DNA of 64,000 bases from an uncultured delta proteobacterium (GTDB lineage Bacteria; Myxococcota; UBA727; VGSZ01). The stretch is taken from NCBI GenBank assembly GCA_963775425.1, contig CAVZJB010000017.1:192001-256000 (forward strand), read 5' to 3'. Every line of letters starts with the position of its first letter. Position 1 is the first letter of the stretch. Below the pieces are notes generated by a model. It saw nothing but the letters and a program-made list of their open reading frames with translations. It searched no databases and was not told the origin of the DNA. Positions 9,233-17,793 of the stretch are shown here, piece after piece. Made by a program: the position numbers and the translations under genes.

Positions 9233-9888
9233 CGCGCTCCCCCGAACGCCACGGTGGTGCTCTCGGTGAAGTCTTCGGCCATGTCGACGACGCACATGAC
9301 GCCGAAGCGCTTGTGGTCGCCGCACGACACGCCCGCTTGCGCGTAGAGCGGGCGCAGGATGGCGTTGCGGTGGCCGCGGTTCTTGACGCCGTCGTCGATG
9401 AGCAGGTCGACGACGATGTCGCGCGCGTCGCTCCAGCCGTAGTCGATGACCTCGCCCGATAGCCCGTCTGAGCGGCCGTGACGTGAGATGCGTTGGAAGC
9501 TGTTGCTGCCGTCGGTGCCGCGGTGCCCGACGGCGCCGGTGGGCCCTTCGTCCACGACCTGATCGCGCGCCGCCAACGCCAGACCGCGCGAGGGCGTGAG
9601 CGGGCCCGCCGGCGGCGCCGCCTTCAGCGCGGCGATGGCCTCCTCGAGCGCCGGCTCGCCCTCGACCGTCTTGATGGGCGGTTCCCCACGGGGTCGCAGC
9701 ATGAGATCGCCCCGAAAGGTGCCGCGCATCGCCTCGAGGACGCGCGCGTAGCCGGCGGGGTCGGCGCGCATGCGGTTGAGCTCGGCGAGCACCGCGCTCT
9801 CCAGCGCGCGCGCGGGCGGGGCGCCGGCGCGAACCGTGAACGAGGCAGCCATGAGCGTGACGACGACGACAACCGTTCGAGCATGCAT
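9229..9888 (-). CDS. CAP/SCP domain protein
   Basis: ELNRMR, GHRGTDGS, LLIDDGVKNRGHRNAIL, GVSCG. Confidence 0.85.
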   Translation of the reverse strand: MHARTVVVVVTLMAASFTVRAGAPPARALESAVLAELNRMRADPAGYARVLEAMRGTFRGDLMLRPRGEPPIKTVEGEPALEEAIAALKAAPPAGPLTPSRGLALAARDQVVDEGPTGAVGHRGTDGSNSFQRISRHGRSDGLSGEVIDYGWSDARDIVVDLLIDDGVKNRGHRNAILRPLYAQAGVSCGDHKRFGVMCVVDMAEDFTESTTVAFGGAR

Positions 9889-9965
9889 GCGAAGGCAGCA
9901 TGCAGGGCCGCGATCGAAGGCGTCAAGCCGCCCACCGTCATGTGCGCCAACGCCCAGCGCGCACG

Positions 9966-10676
9966 TCAGGGCGCGGCGGCCTCAGCGTCGTGCGAACGAA
10001 CGATGAGGTTGTCGAAGACGGTCTCGGAGTGGTCGATGACGGCGACGCCCACGCGCCCGCTGCGCACGGCGACAGGCACGTCGTCGTCGAAGATGCTGTT
10101 GCCGTCCATCTGCACGGAGAGGTGTGTCCCCACGAGGTCGACGTCGACGTCGATGGCCTGGCCGACGTCGTGCGGGGCCGGCACCTGCCCCTCCGCGGTG
10201 AACATCGTGAACGTGCAGTCCCGGATCTCCTGCACCATGAGATCGCCGAGGGCGCCGTTCTCCGACAGCGCGCGGAAGTTGAGCTGCACGCGGTTCGCGG
10301 GGTCCTGCGAGCGGAGCACCAACACCTTGTCGACGCGCAGCACGGACGCCATCCGCACGTGCACCGAGAGGTCCTGCGCCTGCGCCGTGGACCAGATCGC
10401 GTGCGTCATGAGCGAGTCCGGGCACGGGCCGGGGACCTGCTCGGGGCCGGTGCCGACGTACCAGCCGTCCTCGACGTCCCACGCGCCGCCCTCGCTCGCG
10501 AAGGTCGCGTCGTTGCCGTCGTTGAAGTCGATGCACGCGGTCTCGCTGCCGTCGAGGTCGCTGCATGAAAAGTCGCTCGCGTCCGGCAACGGGTGGTCGA
10601 TGGCGTCGGGCCCGCTCCCGACGGGTCCACACGCGCAGGTCCCGAGCACACCGGCGATGACGATGATCTTCTTCAC
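9966..10676 (-). CDS. Hypothetical lipoprotein, beta-sandwich (DUF1080-like)
   Basis: GTG start, lipoprotein-like signal, GAWDVEDG..SGRVGV..FDNL pattern. Confidence 0.55.
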   Translation of the reverse strand: MKKIIVIAGVLGTCACGPVGSGPDAIDHPLPDASDFSCSDLDGSETACIDFNDGNDATFASEGGAWDVEDGWYVGTGPEQVPGPCPDSLMTHAIWSTAQAQDLSVHVRMASVLRVDKVLVLRSQDPANRVQLNFRALSENGALGDLMVQEIRDCTFTMFTAEGQVPAPHDVGQAIDVDVDLVGTHLSVQMDGNSIFDDDVPVAVRSGRVGVAVIDHSETVFDNLIVRSHDAEAAAP

Positions 10677-10790
10677 ACGGCCCCCTTGTCTTCGGCGAGC
10701 GACGCTGCAGCAGGCGTGCCTCCAGTTGCGCGGACCGCACCGGCGTCGTACCCGGGCGGTCGTGTTCCTCGAGAACCGAACGGTGACGCC

Positions 10791-11483
10791 GTGAAGATCC
10801 CCTCCTCCTGGACCGCGGCTGTCGGCGCCGAGTTGGACAAGCCGTACTTCCGCTCGCTCTCCGCGTTCCTCGACACCGAGCGCGCGCACAAGACCGTGTT
10901 CCCGCCGGCGAGAGACGTGTTCCGCGCCCTCGAGGTCACGCCGTTTGCCGACGTGCGCGTGCTGCTCCTCGGGCAGGACCCGTACCACGACGACGGCCAG
11001 GCGCATGGCCTGTGCTTCTCGGTGAAGCCGCCCACCCGGCCGCCGCCGTCGTTGAAGAACATCTTCAAGGAGCTGCAGACAGACCTCGGCTGCACGCCGC
11101 CCGAGCACGGCGATCTCACGGCGTGGGCGCGCCAGGGCGTGCTGCTGTTGAACGCGGTGCTCACCGTCGAGGCCCACCGCGCCAACTCCCACAAGGGCAA
11201 GGGTTGGGAGACGTTCACCGACGCCGTCATCGCCAGCCTGAACGCGCGGGAGACGCCGCTCGTCTTCTGCCTCTGGGGCGCGTACGCGCGCAAGAAGGCC
11301 AAGCTCGTCGACACCTCGCGCCACACCGTCATCGAGGGCGCGCACCCGTCGCCGCTGTCGATGAAGAAGTTCTTCGGCAGCAAGCCGTTCTCCGCAATCA
11401 ACGGGGCCCTCGCCGCCCAAGGACACCAGCCCATCACGTGGCAACTGGACGCACGGCCCCTCTCCCCGGTCGCGCACTCGTGA
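10791..11483 (+). CDS. ung: Uracil-DNA glycosylase, family 1
   Basis: GQDPYH, AHGLCFSV, PPPSLKNI, QGVLLLN, HPSPLS all intact. Confidence 0.96.
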   Translation: MKIPSSWTAAVGAELDKPYFRSLSAFLDTERAHKTVFPPARDVFRALEVTPFADVRVLLLGQDPYHDDGQAHGLCFSVKPPTRPPPSLKNIFKELQTDLGCTPPEHGDLTAWARQGVLLLNAVLTVEAHRANSHKGKGWETFTDAVIASLNARETPLVFCLWGAYARKKAKLVDTSRHTVIEGAHPSPLSMKKFFGSKPFSAINGALAAQGHQPITWQLDARPLSPVAHS

Positions 11484-13057
11484 GCGCCGCCGACCCCACC
11501 GATACGCTCGAGCTCACGCCGTTGTTCGACGGCGGCGGCGAGCCCTGGCTTCCCCTGTTGAAGCCCGTCATCGAGAAGCAACGCGACGCGGGCGACTTCA
11601 TCGGCCCCGGGCGCGACAAGGGCATCGTGCCCGTGCGCGAGCTGACGTTCCAGGCGCTCAAGCCCAACCCGCCCGGCAAGTGGCGCGTGGTGATCTTCGG
11701 GCAGAACCCGTACCCGCGCGTGGAGTCGGCGACGGGCATCGCCATGTTCGACAACGCCTTCGCCGACTGGAAGGAACCCCAGTTCGGCAAGGTCACCTCC
11801 ATCCGCTGCATCATCAAAGCGGCGTGCATGAACAAGCTCGGCATCGAGAAGGCCACCTCCACCGCCGCCATCCGGTCGCTCCTCGCCAAAAACGACGTCG
11901 TCACGCCGCCCCAGTGGTTCCAGGCCATGCTCACCCAGGGCGTGCTCTTGTTGAACGCTGCGCTCACCGCGAGCAGCGACAACGCGGTGTCCACCTCGCG
12001 CCACACGAGCTTCTGGAAGCCCGTCGTGGAGGCGGTGGTCACCGAGATCCTGCGCGCCAAGCACGAACAGAAGGAGGGTGTGGTCTTCGCCTGGTGGGGC
12101 GCGCACGCAAAGCTCCTGCGCGCCATGGTGGACAAGATCGCGCCGCGGTTCCCCGACGCCGTCGTCCGCCACGTCGACCACTGCAACCCCGCGGCGCAGG
12201 GGGACATGTTCTGCAACAAGGACCACTTCGGCGAGATCAACGCGGCGCTGTCGTCGCTGTCGATGAAGCCCGTGGACTGGCTGCCGGTGCAGGGCGGTGA
12301 CCTCGGCGCAGGCCAGGACGAGCACAAGCGCCTCGGCGACTTCATCGAGAGCACGCGCGAGCTGCACAAGCTCTACCTCGAGCGTCTCCAGGGCGTCGGC
12401 GACGAGCAGCTCGAGGAGCTCGAGGCCATCACGGGCCTCGCCACGCTCTCCGTCCCCACGTTGCCGGCGGCGGTGGAGCCGCTCCTCGCGCTGTTCCCCG
12501 GGCTCAAGCTGTTCGCGAAGAAGGCGGCGGAGCGCGCGCCGGAGCTGTTGAAGGCGGCGGCGGTGCCCGGGCTCACCGCCGACGAGGTGGGCGCGCTCTT
12601 CCTGTACACGACGGAGTCGCCGCTGTACCGCTCGCTGAACGCCGCGCTTCGCGACAAGAGCCGCGCGAAGGCGGAGCCGTGGCACGGCTACCTGCGGTTG
12701 TTCCTGAGCGCCCATGACAAGCTCGAGCGGCGCAACGAGAGCCTCTGGCGCGGCGTGCACAAGGACCTGCGCAAGGAGTACCCCACGGGCCGCACCGTCA
12801 CGTGGTGGGGCGTGTCGTCATGCACGACCAAGCTGGCGGTGGCCAAGGGCTTCCTCGGCCAGAAGGGCAAGCGGATGCTGTTCGAGGTCAAGCCCAGGAG
12901 CGCCGTGAGCATCCGCGCGTTCTCGGCGTTCACCGGTGAAGAGGAGCTCGTGTTGGCCCCCGGCACGAGCTTCTCCGTCGTCGACGTCGCCCCCGGCGAC
13001 GACGGCCTCGTTCACGTGAAGCTCGAGGAGCTCGAGCAGGAAAGGCTCATCCGCTGA
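11480..13057 (+). CDS. UDG-like domain fused to C-terminal R-S-E clade ADP-ribosyltransferase
   Basis: GQNPY (11699), QGVLLLN, FAWWG, HCNP (12179); then LYT..LYRSLNAALR, LWRG (R 12749), SSCT (12815), EEELVLAPGT (12938); GTGA overlap with ung stop. Confidence 0.85.
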   Translation: MSAADPTDTLELTPLFDGGGEPWLPLLKPVIEKQRDAGDFIGPGRDKGIVPVRELTFQALKPNPPGKWRVVIFGQNPYPRVESATGIAMFDNAFADWKEPQFGKVTSIRCIIKAACMNKLGIEKATSTAAIRSLLAKNDVVTPPQWFQAMLTQGVLLLNAALTASSDNAVSTSRHTSFWKPVVEAVVTEILRAKHEQKEGVVFAWWGAHAKLLRAMVDKIAPRFPDAVVRHVDHCNPAAQGDMFCNKDHFGEINAALSSLSMKPVDWLPVQGGDLGAGQDEHKRLGDFIESTRELHKLYLERLQGVGDEQLEELEAITGLATLSVPTLPAAVEPLLALFPGLKLFAKKAAERAPELLKAAAVPGLTADEVGALFLYTTESPLYRSLNAALRDKSRAKAEPWHGYLRLFLSAHDKLERRNESLWRGVHKDLRKEYPTGRTVTWWGVSSCTTKLAVAKGFLGQKGKRMLFEVKPRSAVSIRAFSAFTGEEELVLAPGTSFSVVDVAPGDDGLVHVKLEELEQERLIR

Positions 13058-14385
13058 TGCAGCTCCCCAGCTTTCTCCGCCCCCTCCCCGACGCTCCACG
13101 CATCGCCGACGCCCAGCGCGCGGACAAGGCCTTTCGCTCCACGCGCATCGGCATCCTGGTGGCGCTCACCATCGTCTACGGCTTCTTCTACACGTGCCGC
13201 ATCGGCCTCTCCGTCGTCAAGAAGCCGCTGCTTGACGCCGGCATCTTCAACGCCACGGAGCTCGGCCAGATCGGCGCCTGCCTGTTGTGGGGCTACGCCC
13301 TCGGCAAGCTCATCAACGGCGTGTTCGCCGATCGCGTGAACGTCTCGCGCTTCATCCCCCTCGGCCTGGCGCTCTCCGCGGTGGCCAACCTGGCCATGGG
13401 CAGCAACTCGCTGTTCGTCGTCGCGTGCCTGTTGTGGGTGGTGAACGGCCTGTGCCAGGGCGTCGGCGCCACGGCGAGCGTGGTGAGCCTCACGCAGTGG
13501 TTCTCCGGCAGCGAGCGCGGGCGCGTATACGGCATCTGGAGCGCGGCGCACTCCGTCGGCGAGGGCATGACCTTCTTCGGGACCTCCGCGCTCGTCGCCG
13601 CCATGGGTTGGCGCGCGGGCTTCCTCGGGCCCGGCGGCGTCTGCCTCGTCATCGCGTGCGGCGCCGCGCTCGTGTTGAAGGACCGCCCGCAGGCGTACGG
13701 CCTGCCGCCCGTGTCGGACTGGAAGGGCGAGCCGCACGAGGAGAAGTCCGCGTCGACGCGCGCGGCCCAGCTCGAGGTGGTGAAGAACCCGGCCATCTGG
13801 GTCTGCGCCATCGCGTCCGCGCTCATGTACGTGTCGCGCTACGCGGTGAACAACTGGGGCGTGCTCTACCTGCAGGAGGCGCGCGGCTACACCCTCATCG
13901 AGGCGGGCAGCATCGTCGGCATCAACACCATCGCCGGCTTCATCGGCTCCGCCGCCTACGGGTTCATCTCCGACCTCGGCTTCAAGGGGCGCCGGCCGCC
14001 CGCCACGTTCCTCTTCGGGTTCGTCGAGGTTCTCGCGCTCTTCGTGATCTACTACGGGCCCAGGAGCACCGTGCTGTTGTCGGTGGCGTTCTTCGTCTAC
14101 GGGTTCACGATGTCGGGCATCCTCGCGGTGCTCGGCGGACTGTTCGCCGTGGACCTGTCGTCCAAGCGGGCCGCGGGCATGGCCATGGGCTTCGTGGGCT
14201 TCATCTCGTACGTCGGCGCCACCGCGCAGGACCTCGTGTCGGGCTACCTCATCGACCTCGGCACCCACACGGTGAACGGCGTGAAGCACATCGACTTCAC
14301 CATCCCCATCATCGGCTGGGTGGGGGCGTCGGTGCTGAGCATGCTGCTGGCGGCCACCCTCTGGAAGGTCCGCACCAGGGAGTGA
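13057..14385 (+). CDS. MFS transporter, OPA family (GlpT/UhpC-like, organophosphate)
   Basis: YGFFYTCR, WFSGSERG..WSAAHSVG, YVSRYAVNNW; about 12 TM helices. Confidence 0.88.
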   Translation: MQLPSFLRPLPDAPRIADAQRADKAFRSTRIGILVALTIVYGFFYTCRIGLSVVKKPLLDAGIFNATELGQIGACLLWGYALGKLINGVFADRVNVSRFIPLGLALSAVANLAMGSNSLFVVACLLWVVNGLCQGVGATASVVSLTQWFSGSERGRVYGIWSAAHSVGEGMTFFGTSALVAAMGWRAGFLGPGGVCLVIACGAALVLKDRPQAYGLPPVSDWKGEPHEEKSASTRAAQLEVVKNPAIWVCAIASALMYVSRYAVNNWGVLYLQEARGYTLIEAGSIVGINTIAGFIGSAAYGFISDLGFKGRRPPATFLFGFVEVLALFVIYYGPRSTVLLSVAFFVYGFTMSGILAVLGGLFAVDLSSKRAAGMAMGFVGFISYVGATAQDLVSGYLIDLGTHTVNGVKHIDFTIPIIGWVGASVLSMLLAATLWKVRTRE

Positions 14386-14441
14386 CACCGTTTCCTCGGG
14401 GTGCGCATTGCGGTCGGCGGCGGCCCCGGTAGCGTTCGCGC

Positions 14442-15437
14442 ATGAAGAAGCTGTTGCTCCTCGGGGCCGGCCGCATCGGCCAGGTCCACGCGCGAAACGT
14501 CCTCGCGAGCGGCGCCGCTCGCCTGGTGGGCGTCGTCGACGTCAACCGCGCCGCCGCCGAAGCGCTCGCCGAGGCCACGGGCGCGCGCGTGTTCGACAGC
14601 GCCGACGCCGCCCTCGACACCGCCGACGTGCAAGGCGTGATGATCTGCACGTCCACGGATACGCACGTCGACATGATCCTCAAAGCGGCGGCGCGCACGC
14701 TCCCGGTGTTCTGCGAGAAGCCCGTCGACCTGGCCATGGCGAAGGTGCAGCGCTGCCTCGCGGAGGTGAAGTCCGCCGGCGTCCCGTTGCTGATGGGCTT
14801 CAACCGCCGCTTCGACCCGAGCTTCAAGTCGCTGCACGACCGCCTGCGCGAGATCGGCTCCGTGGAGGCCGTGGCCATCACGAGCCGCGACCCGCAGCCG
14901 CCGCCGCCGGCGTACGTGAAGACGTCCGGCGGCATCTTCCGCGACATGATGATCCACGACCTCGACATGGCCCGCTTCCTCCTCGGCGACGAGCCCGTCG
15001 AGGTCTTCGCCACCGGCGCCGCCCTCGTCGATCCCGAGATCGGCAAGGCCGGCGACGTCGACACCGCCACGGTGGTGCTGCGCACCGCGCGCGGCGCCAT
15101 GGTCACCATCCACAACAGCCGCCGCGCGGTCTACGGCTACGACCAACGCATCGAGGTCTTCGGCGAGAAGGGTGCGCTGTTCGCAGGCAACCCCACGCCC
15201 ACCACGGTGGTCAGGCTCGGCGCCGACGGCGCCGTCGGCGACAAGCCGCTGCACTTCTTCCTCGAGCGCTACGCCGACGCCTACCGCGCCGAGCTCGCCC
15301 ACTTCCTCGACGTCATCGACGGGAAGGCCGCGCCGCTCGTGACCGGCGAAGACGGCCGCCGCGCGCTCGCCCTGGCCGACGCGTGCGAGGCCTCGTTGCG
15401 CTCGAAGAGCGCCGTGGCCGTCGGGGTGTCGTCGTGA
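14442..15437 (+). CDS. iolG: Inositol 2-dehydrogenase
   Basis: GAGRIG, CEKP, GFNRRFDP, GGIFRDMMIHDLD, YGYDQRIE. Confidence 0.92.
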   Translation: MKKLLLLGAGRIGQVHARNVLASGAARLVGVVDVNRAAAEALAEATGARVFDSADAALDTADVQGVMICTSTDTHVDMILKAAARTLPVFCEKPVDLAMAKVQRCLAEVKSAGVPLLMGFNRRFDPSFKSLHDRLREIGSVEAVAITSRDPQPPPPAYVKTSGGIFRDMMIHDLDMARFLLGDEPVEVFATGAALVDPEIGKAGDVDTATVVLRTARGAMVTIHNSRRAVYGYDQRIEVFGEKGALFAGNPTPTTVVRLGADGAVGDKPLHFFLERYADAYRAELAHFLDVIDGKAAPLVTGEDGRRALALADACEASLRSKSAVAVGVSS

Positions 15438-16114
15438 GCCTCGACGCGGTCTTTCGCGGGTTTCACATCGCCGCGGGCGGGATCGCGCTCGGCTCGATGT
15501 GGATCCCGATGTTCGCCAAGAAGGGCGGCCTGCTCCACCGCCGCGCCGGCTGGGTCTACGCCGTGGCCATGTGGGTGGCAGCGCTCTTCGCGTGGGTGGT
15601 CTGCGCCGGGCGTCTCCTCGACCAGAAGCCGGCCAACGACCACAACGCGCTGTTCCTCGCGTTCGTCGGGCTGCTCGCCGCCAACAACGCCGCCGTCGGT
15701 GTGCGCGTGCTCCGCAGCAGGGGGCGGACCGACAAGCCCGCCGGTGCGCTCGACGTGGCGATGAGCGCGCTGCTCCTCGTCGGCAGCGTCGGCCTGGCGG
15801 TGCTCGGCGTCACCGGCGGCCGCATCCTCGACGACGTCTTCGCCGCCCTCGGCGTGTTCCTGTCCCTCCGTCAGCTCCGGTTCTGGCTGCGGCCGCCGGC
15901 GCTGAAACAGCAGTGGTGGCTCGAGCACATGGGCAACATGCTCGCGTCGTGCATCGGCACGGCCACGGCGTTCCTCGTCGTCAACGCCGGGCACCTGGGG
16001 CTGTCCGGTCCTGCCGTGCTCGTCGTGTGGATCGCCCCCGGCGTCGTCGGCGCCTTCGGCATCCGCGTCTGGACGCAGCGCTACCGCAAGCGCTTCACCA
16101 AGGGGGCCGCTTGA
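15434..16114 (+). CDS. DUF2306-like membrane protein
   Basis: HIAAG..KKGGLLHRRAGWVY, WWLEHMGNM; GTG overlaps iolG stop. Confidence 0.75.
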   Translation: MSLDAVFRGFHIAAGGIALGSMWIPMFAKKGGLLHRRAGWVYAVAMWVAALFAWVVCAGRLLDQKPANDHNALFLAFVGLLAANNAAVGVRVLRSRGRTDKPAGALDVAMSALLLVGSVGLAVLGVTGGRILDDVFAALGVFLSLRQLRFWLRPPALKQQWWLEHMGNMLASCIGTATAFLVVNAGHLGLSGPAVLVVWIAPGVVGAFGIRVWTQRYRKRFTKGAA

Positions 16115-16890
16115 ACACCAGGCTCGACGGGCGCGTCGTCATCGTCACCGGGAGCACGCAGGGGCTCGGCGAAGCCGTCGCGCTCGCCTGCGGCGACGAG
16201 GGCGCCGCGGGGGTGGTGGTCACGGGCCGAAGCGAGGCAAGGGGCCGCGCCGTCGCGGAGGCGCTCGAGCAAAAGGGCGCGCGAGCGCTGTTCGTGCGCG
16301 CCGACCTCGAGGACGTCGACGACTGCCGCGCCGTCGTCGCACGCGCGGCGGACCGGTTCGGACGCGTCGACGGCCTGGTGAACAGCGCGGCCACCACCGC
16401 GCGCGGTCACCTCGACGACACGTCCGTGGAGCTGTGGGACCGGGTGATGGCGTTGAACGTCCGCGCGCCGTTCGTAATCACGCAGGAGGCCGTGCGTGTG
16501 ATGAAGGCCGGCGGCCGCGGCGGAAGCATCGTGAACATCCTGTCCATGAGCGCCAACGGCGGTCAGCCATTTCTGTGCGCGTATTCGACGTCGAAGGGCG
16601 CGCTCGCCACGCTCACCAAGAACAACGCCCACGCGCTGCGCAAGGACCGCATCCGCGTGAACGGGCTGCGCATCGGGTGGATGGAGACGCCGGGCGAGCA
16701 CGCCGTCCAGGCCTCCGACGGCGCGGCCGCGGACTGGCTCGCGCGCGCGGCGGCGGCGCAGCCCTTCGGTCGCATCCTGCGCACGGGCGACGTCGCCGGC
16801 TTGTGCACGTGGCTCTTGTCCGACGCCGGCGCCATGATGACGGGGTCGCTCATCGACTTCGATCAGAACGTCGTCGGCGCGTACGATTGA
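16111..16890 (+). CDS. SDR family oxidoreductase
   Basis: TGSTQGLG, VNSAA, YSTSK; TTG start overlapping upstream stop. Confidence 0.9.
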   Translation: MNTRLDGRVVIVTGSTQGLGEAVALACGDEGAAGVVVTGRSEARGRAVAEALEQKGARALFVRADLEDVDDCRAVVARAADRFGRVDGLVNSAATTARGHLDDTSVELWDRVMALNVRAPFVITQEAVRVMKAGGRGGSIVNILSMSANGGQPFLCAYSTSKGALATLTKNNAHALRKDRIRVNGLRIGWMETPGEHAVQASDGAAADWLARAAAAQPFGRILRTGDVAGLCTWLLSDAGAMMTGSLIDFDQNVVGAYD

Positions 16891-16937
16891 GCGACGACGG
16901 AGCTCCGCCGGGCGCGTGCGGGTATCATCGAGCGCGC

Positions 16938-17789
16938 ATGACCTCCCGCACGCCTCGCCTCGCGCTGTTCGACCTCGACGGCACCCTCTTGACGTCGAAG
17001 CGCACCATCCTCGAGGACAACGTGCGGGCGCTGCGGCGCTTGATGGACGCCGGCGTGCTCGTGGCGTTTTGCACCGGAAGGCCGCCGGGGAGCGCGCAGC
17101 GGTATGTCGACGTCGTGAGACCCAACGCGCCGCTCATCCACTTCAACGGCGCGGTCGTGCGCGACGCCGCCGACGGCCGCGTCATCTTCTCGCGCTCGGT
17201 TCCCGCGGACACGGCGCTGGCGGCGCTGGTGGCGGCCGACGGTCACGCGCGCCACGCCAACATCTATGTCGGCGACGCCATCTGGATCGAGCGACGCTCC
17301 GAGACCTCGCGCGTCTCCGAGGAGAAGGACGGCGTGGCGCACACCGTCGTCCCGGACCTCCGAGGCCGCCTGAGCGCCGGCGGCGGCGCGCTCACCGGCG
17401 GCGCGCGCTCGAGCGCCGGGGACGTCCGGCCGACCAAGGTCATGCTCATCGCCGACGCCCCGCGCGTCCCCGCCATGACGGCAGCCGTCTCCGCGTCCGT
17501 CGGCGACGGCGCCGCGCTGGTCAACTCCGAGCCCGAGTACCTCGAGGTGCTCCCGCGCGGCGTCTCCAAGAAGACCGCGGCGGAGGCGCTGTGCGGGCAC
17601 CTCGGCCTCACGCTCAACGACGTCGTCGCTTTCGGCGACAACCTCAACGACCTCGATCTCCTGGTCGCCTGCGGCCGCGGCGTCGCCATGAGCAACAGCC
17701 ACCCCGAGGTGCTCGCGCGCGTCTCCGCGCACATCGGCGACAACGACAGCGACGCCATCGCCCGCTTCCTCGACGAGCTCTTCGCTTGA
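16938..17789 (+). CDS. Cof-type HAD-IIB phosphatase
   Basis: DLDGTLL, TGR, GVSK, FGDNLND. Confidence 0.92.
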   Translation: MTSRTPRLALFDLDGTLLTSKRTILEDNVRALRRLMDAGVLVAFCTGRPPGSAQRYVDVVRPNAPLIHFNGAVVRDAADGRVIFSRSVPADTALAALVAADGHARHANIYVGDAIWIERRSETSRVSEEKDGVAHTVVPDLRGRLSAGGGALTGGARSSAGDVRPTKVMLIADAPRVPAMTAAVSASVGDGAALVNSEPEYLEVLPRGVSKKTAAEALCGHLGLTLNDVVAFGDNLNDLDLLVACGRGVAMSNSHPEVLARVSAHIGDNDSDAIARFLDELFA

Positions 17790-17793
17790 CGCG

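Noticed and set aside
12740-12950. ART as a DarT-like or scabin-like DNA-modifying toxin
   Set aside because: Motif is R-S-ExE, not DarT-like or QxE, and no DarG nearby; a nucleic acid target is not excluded but is unsupported
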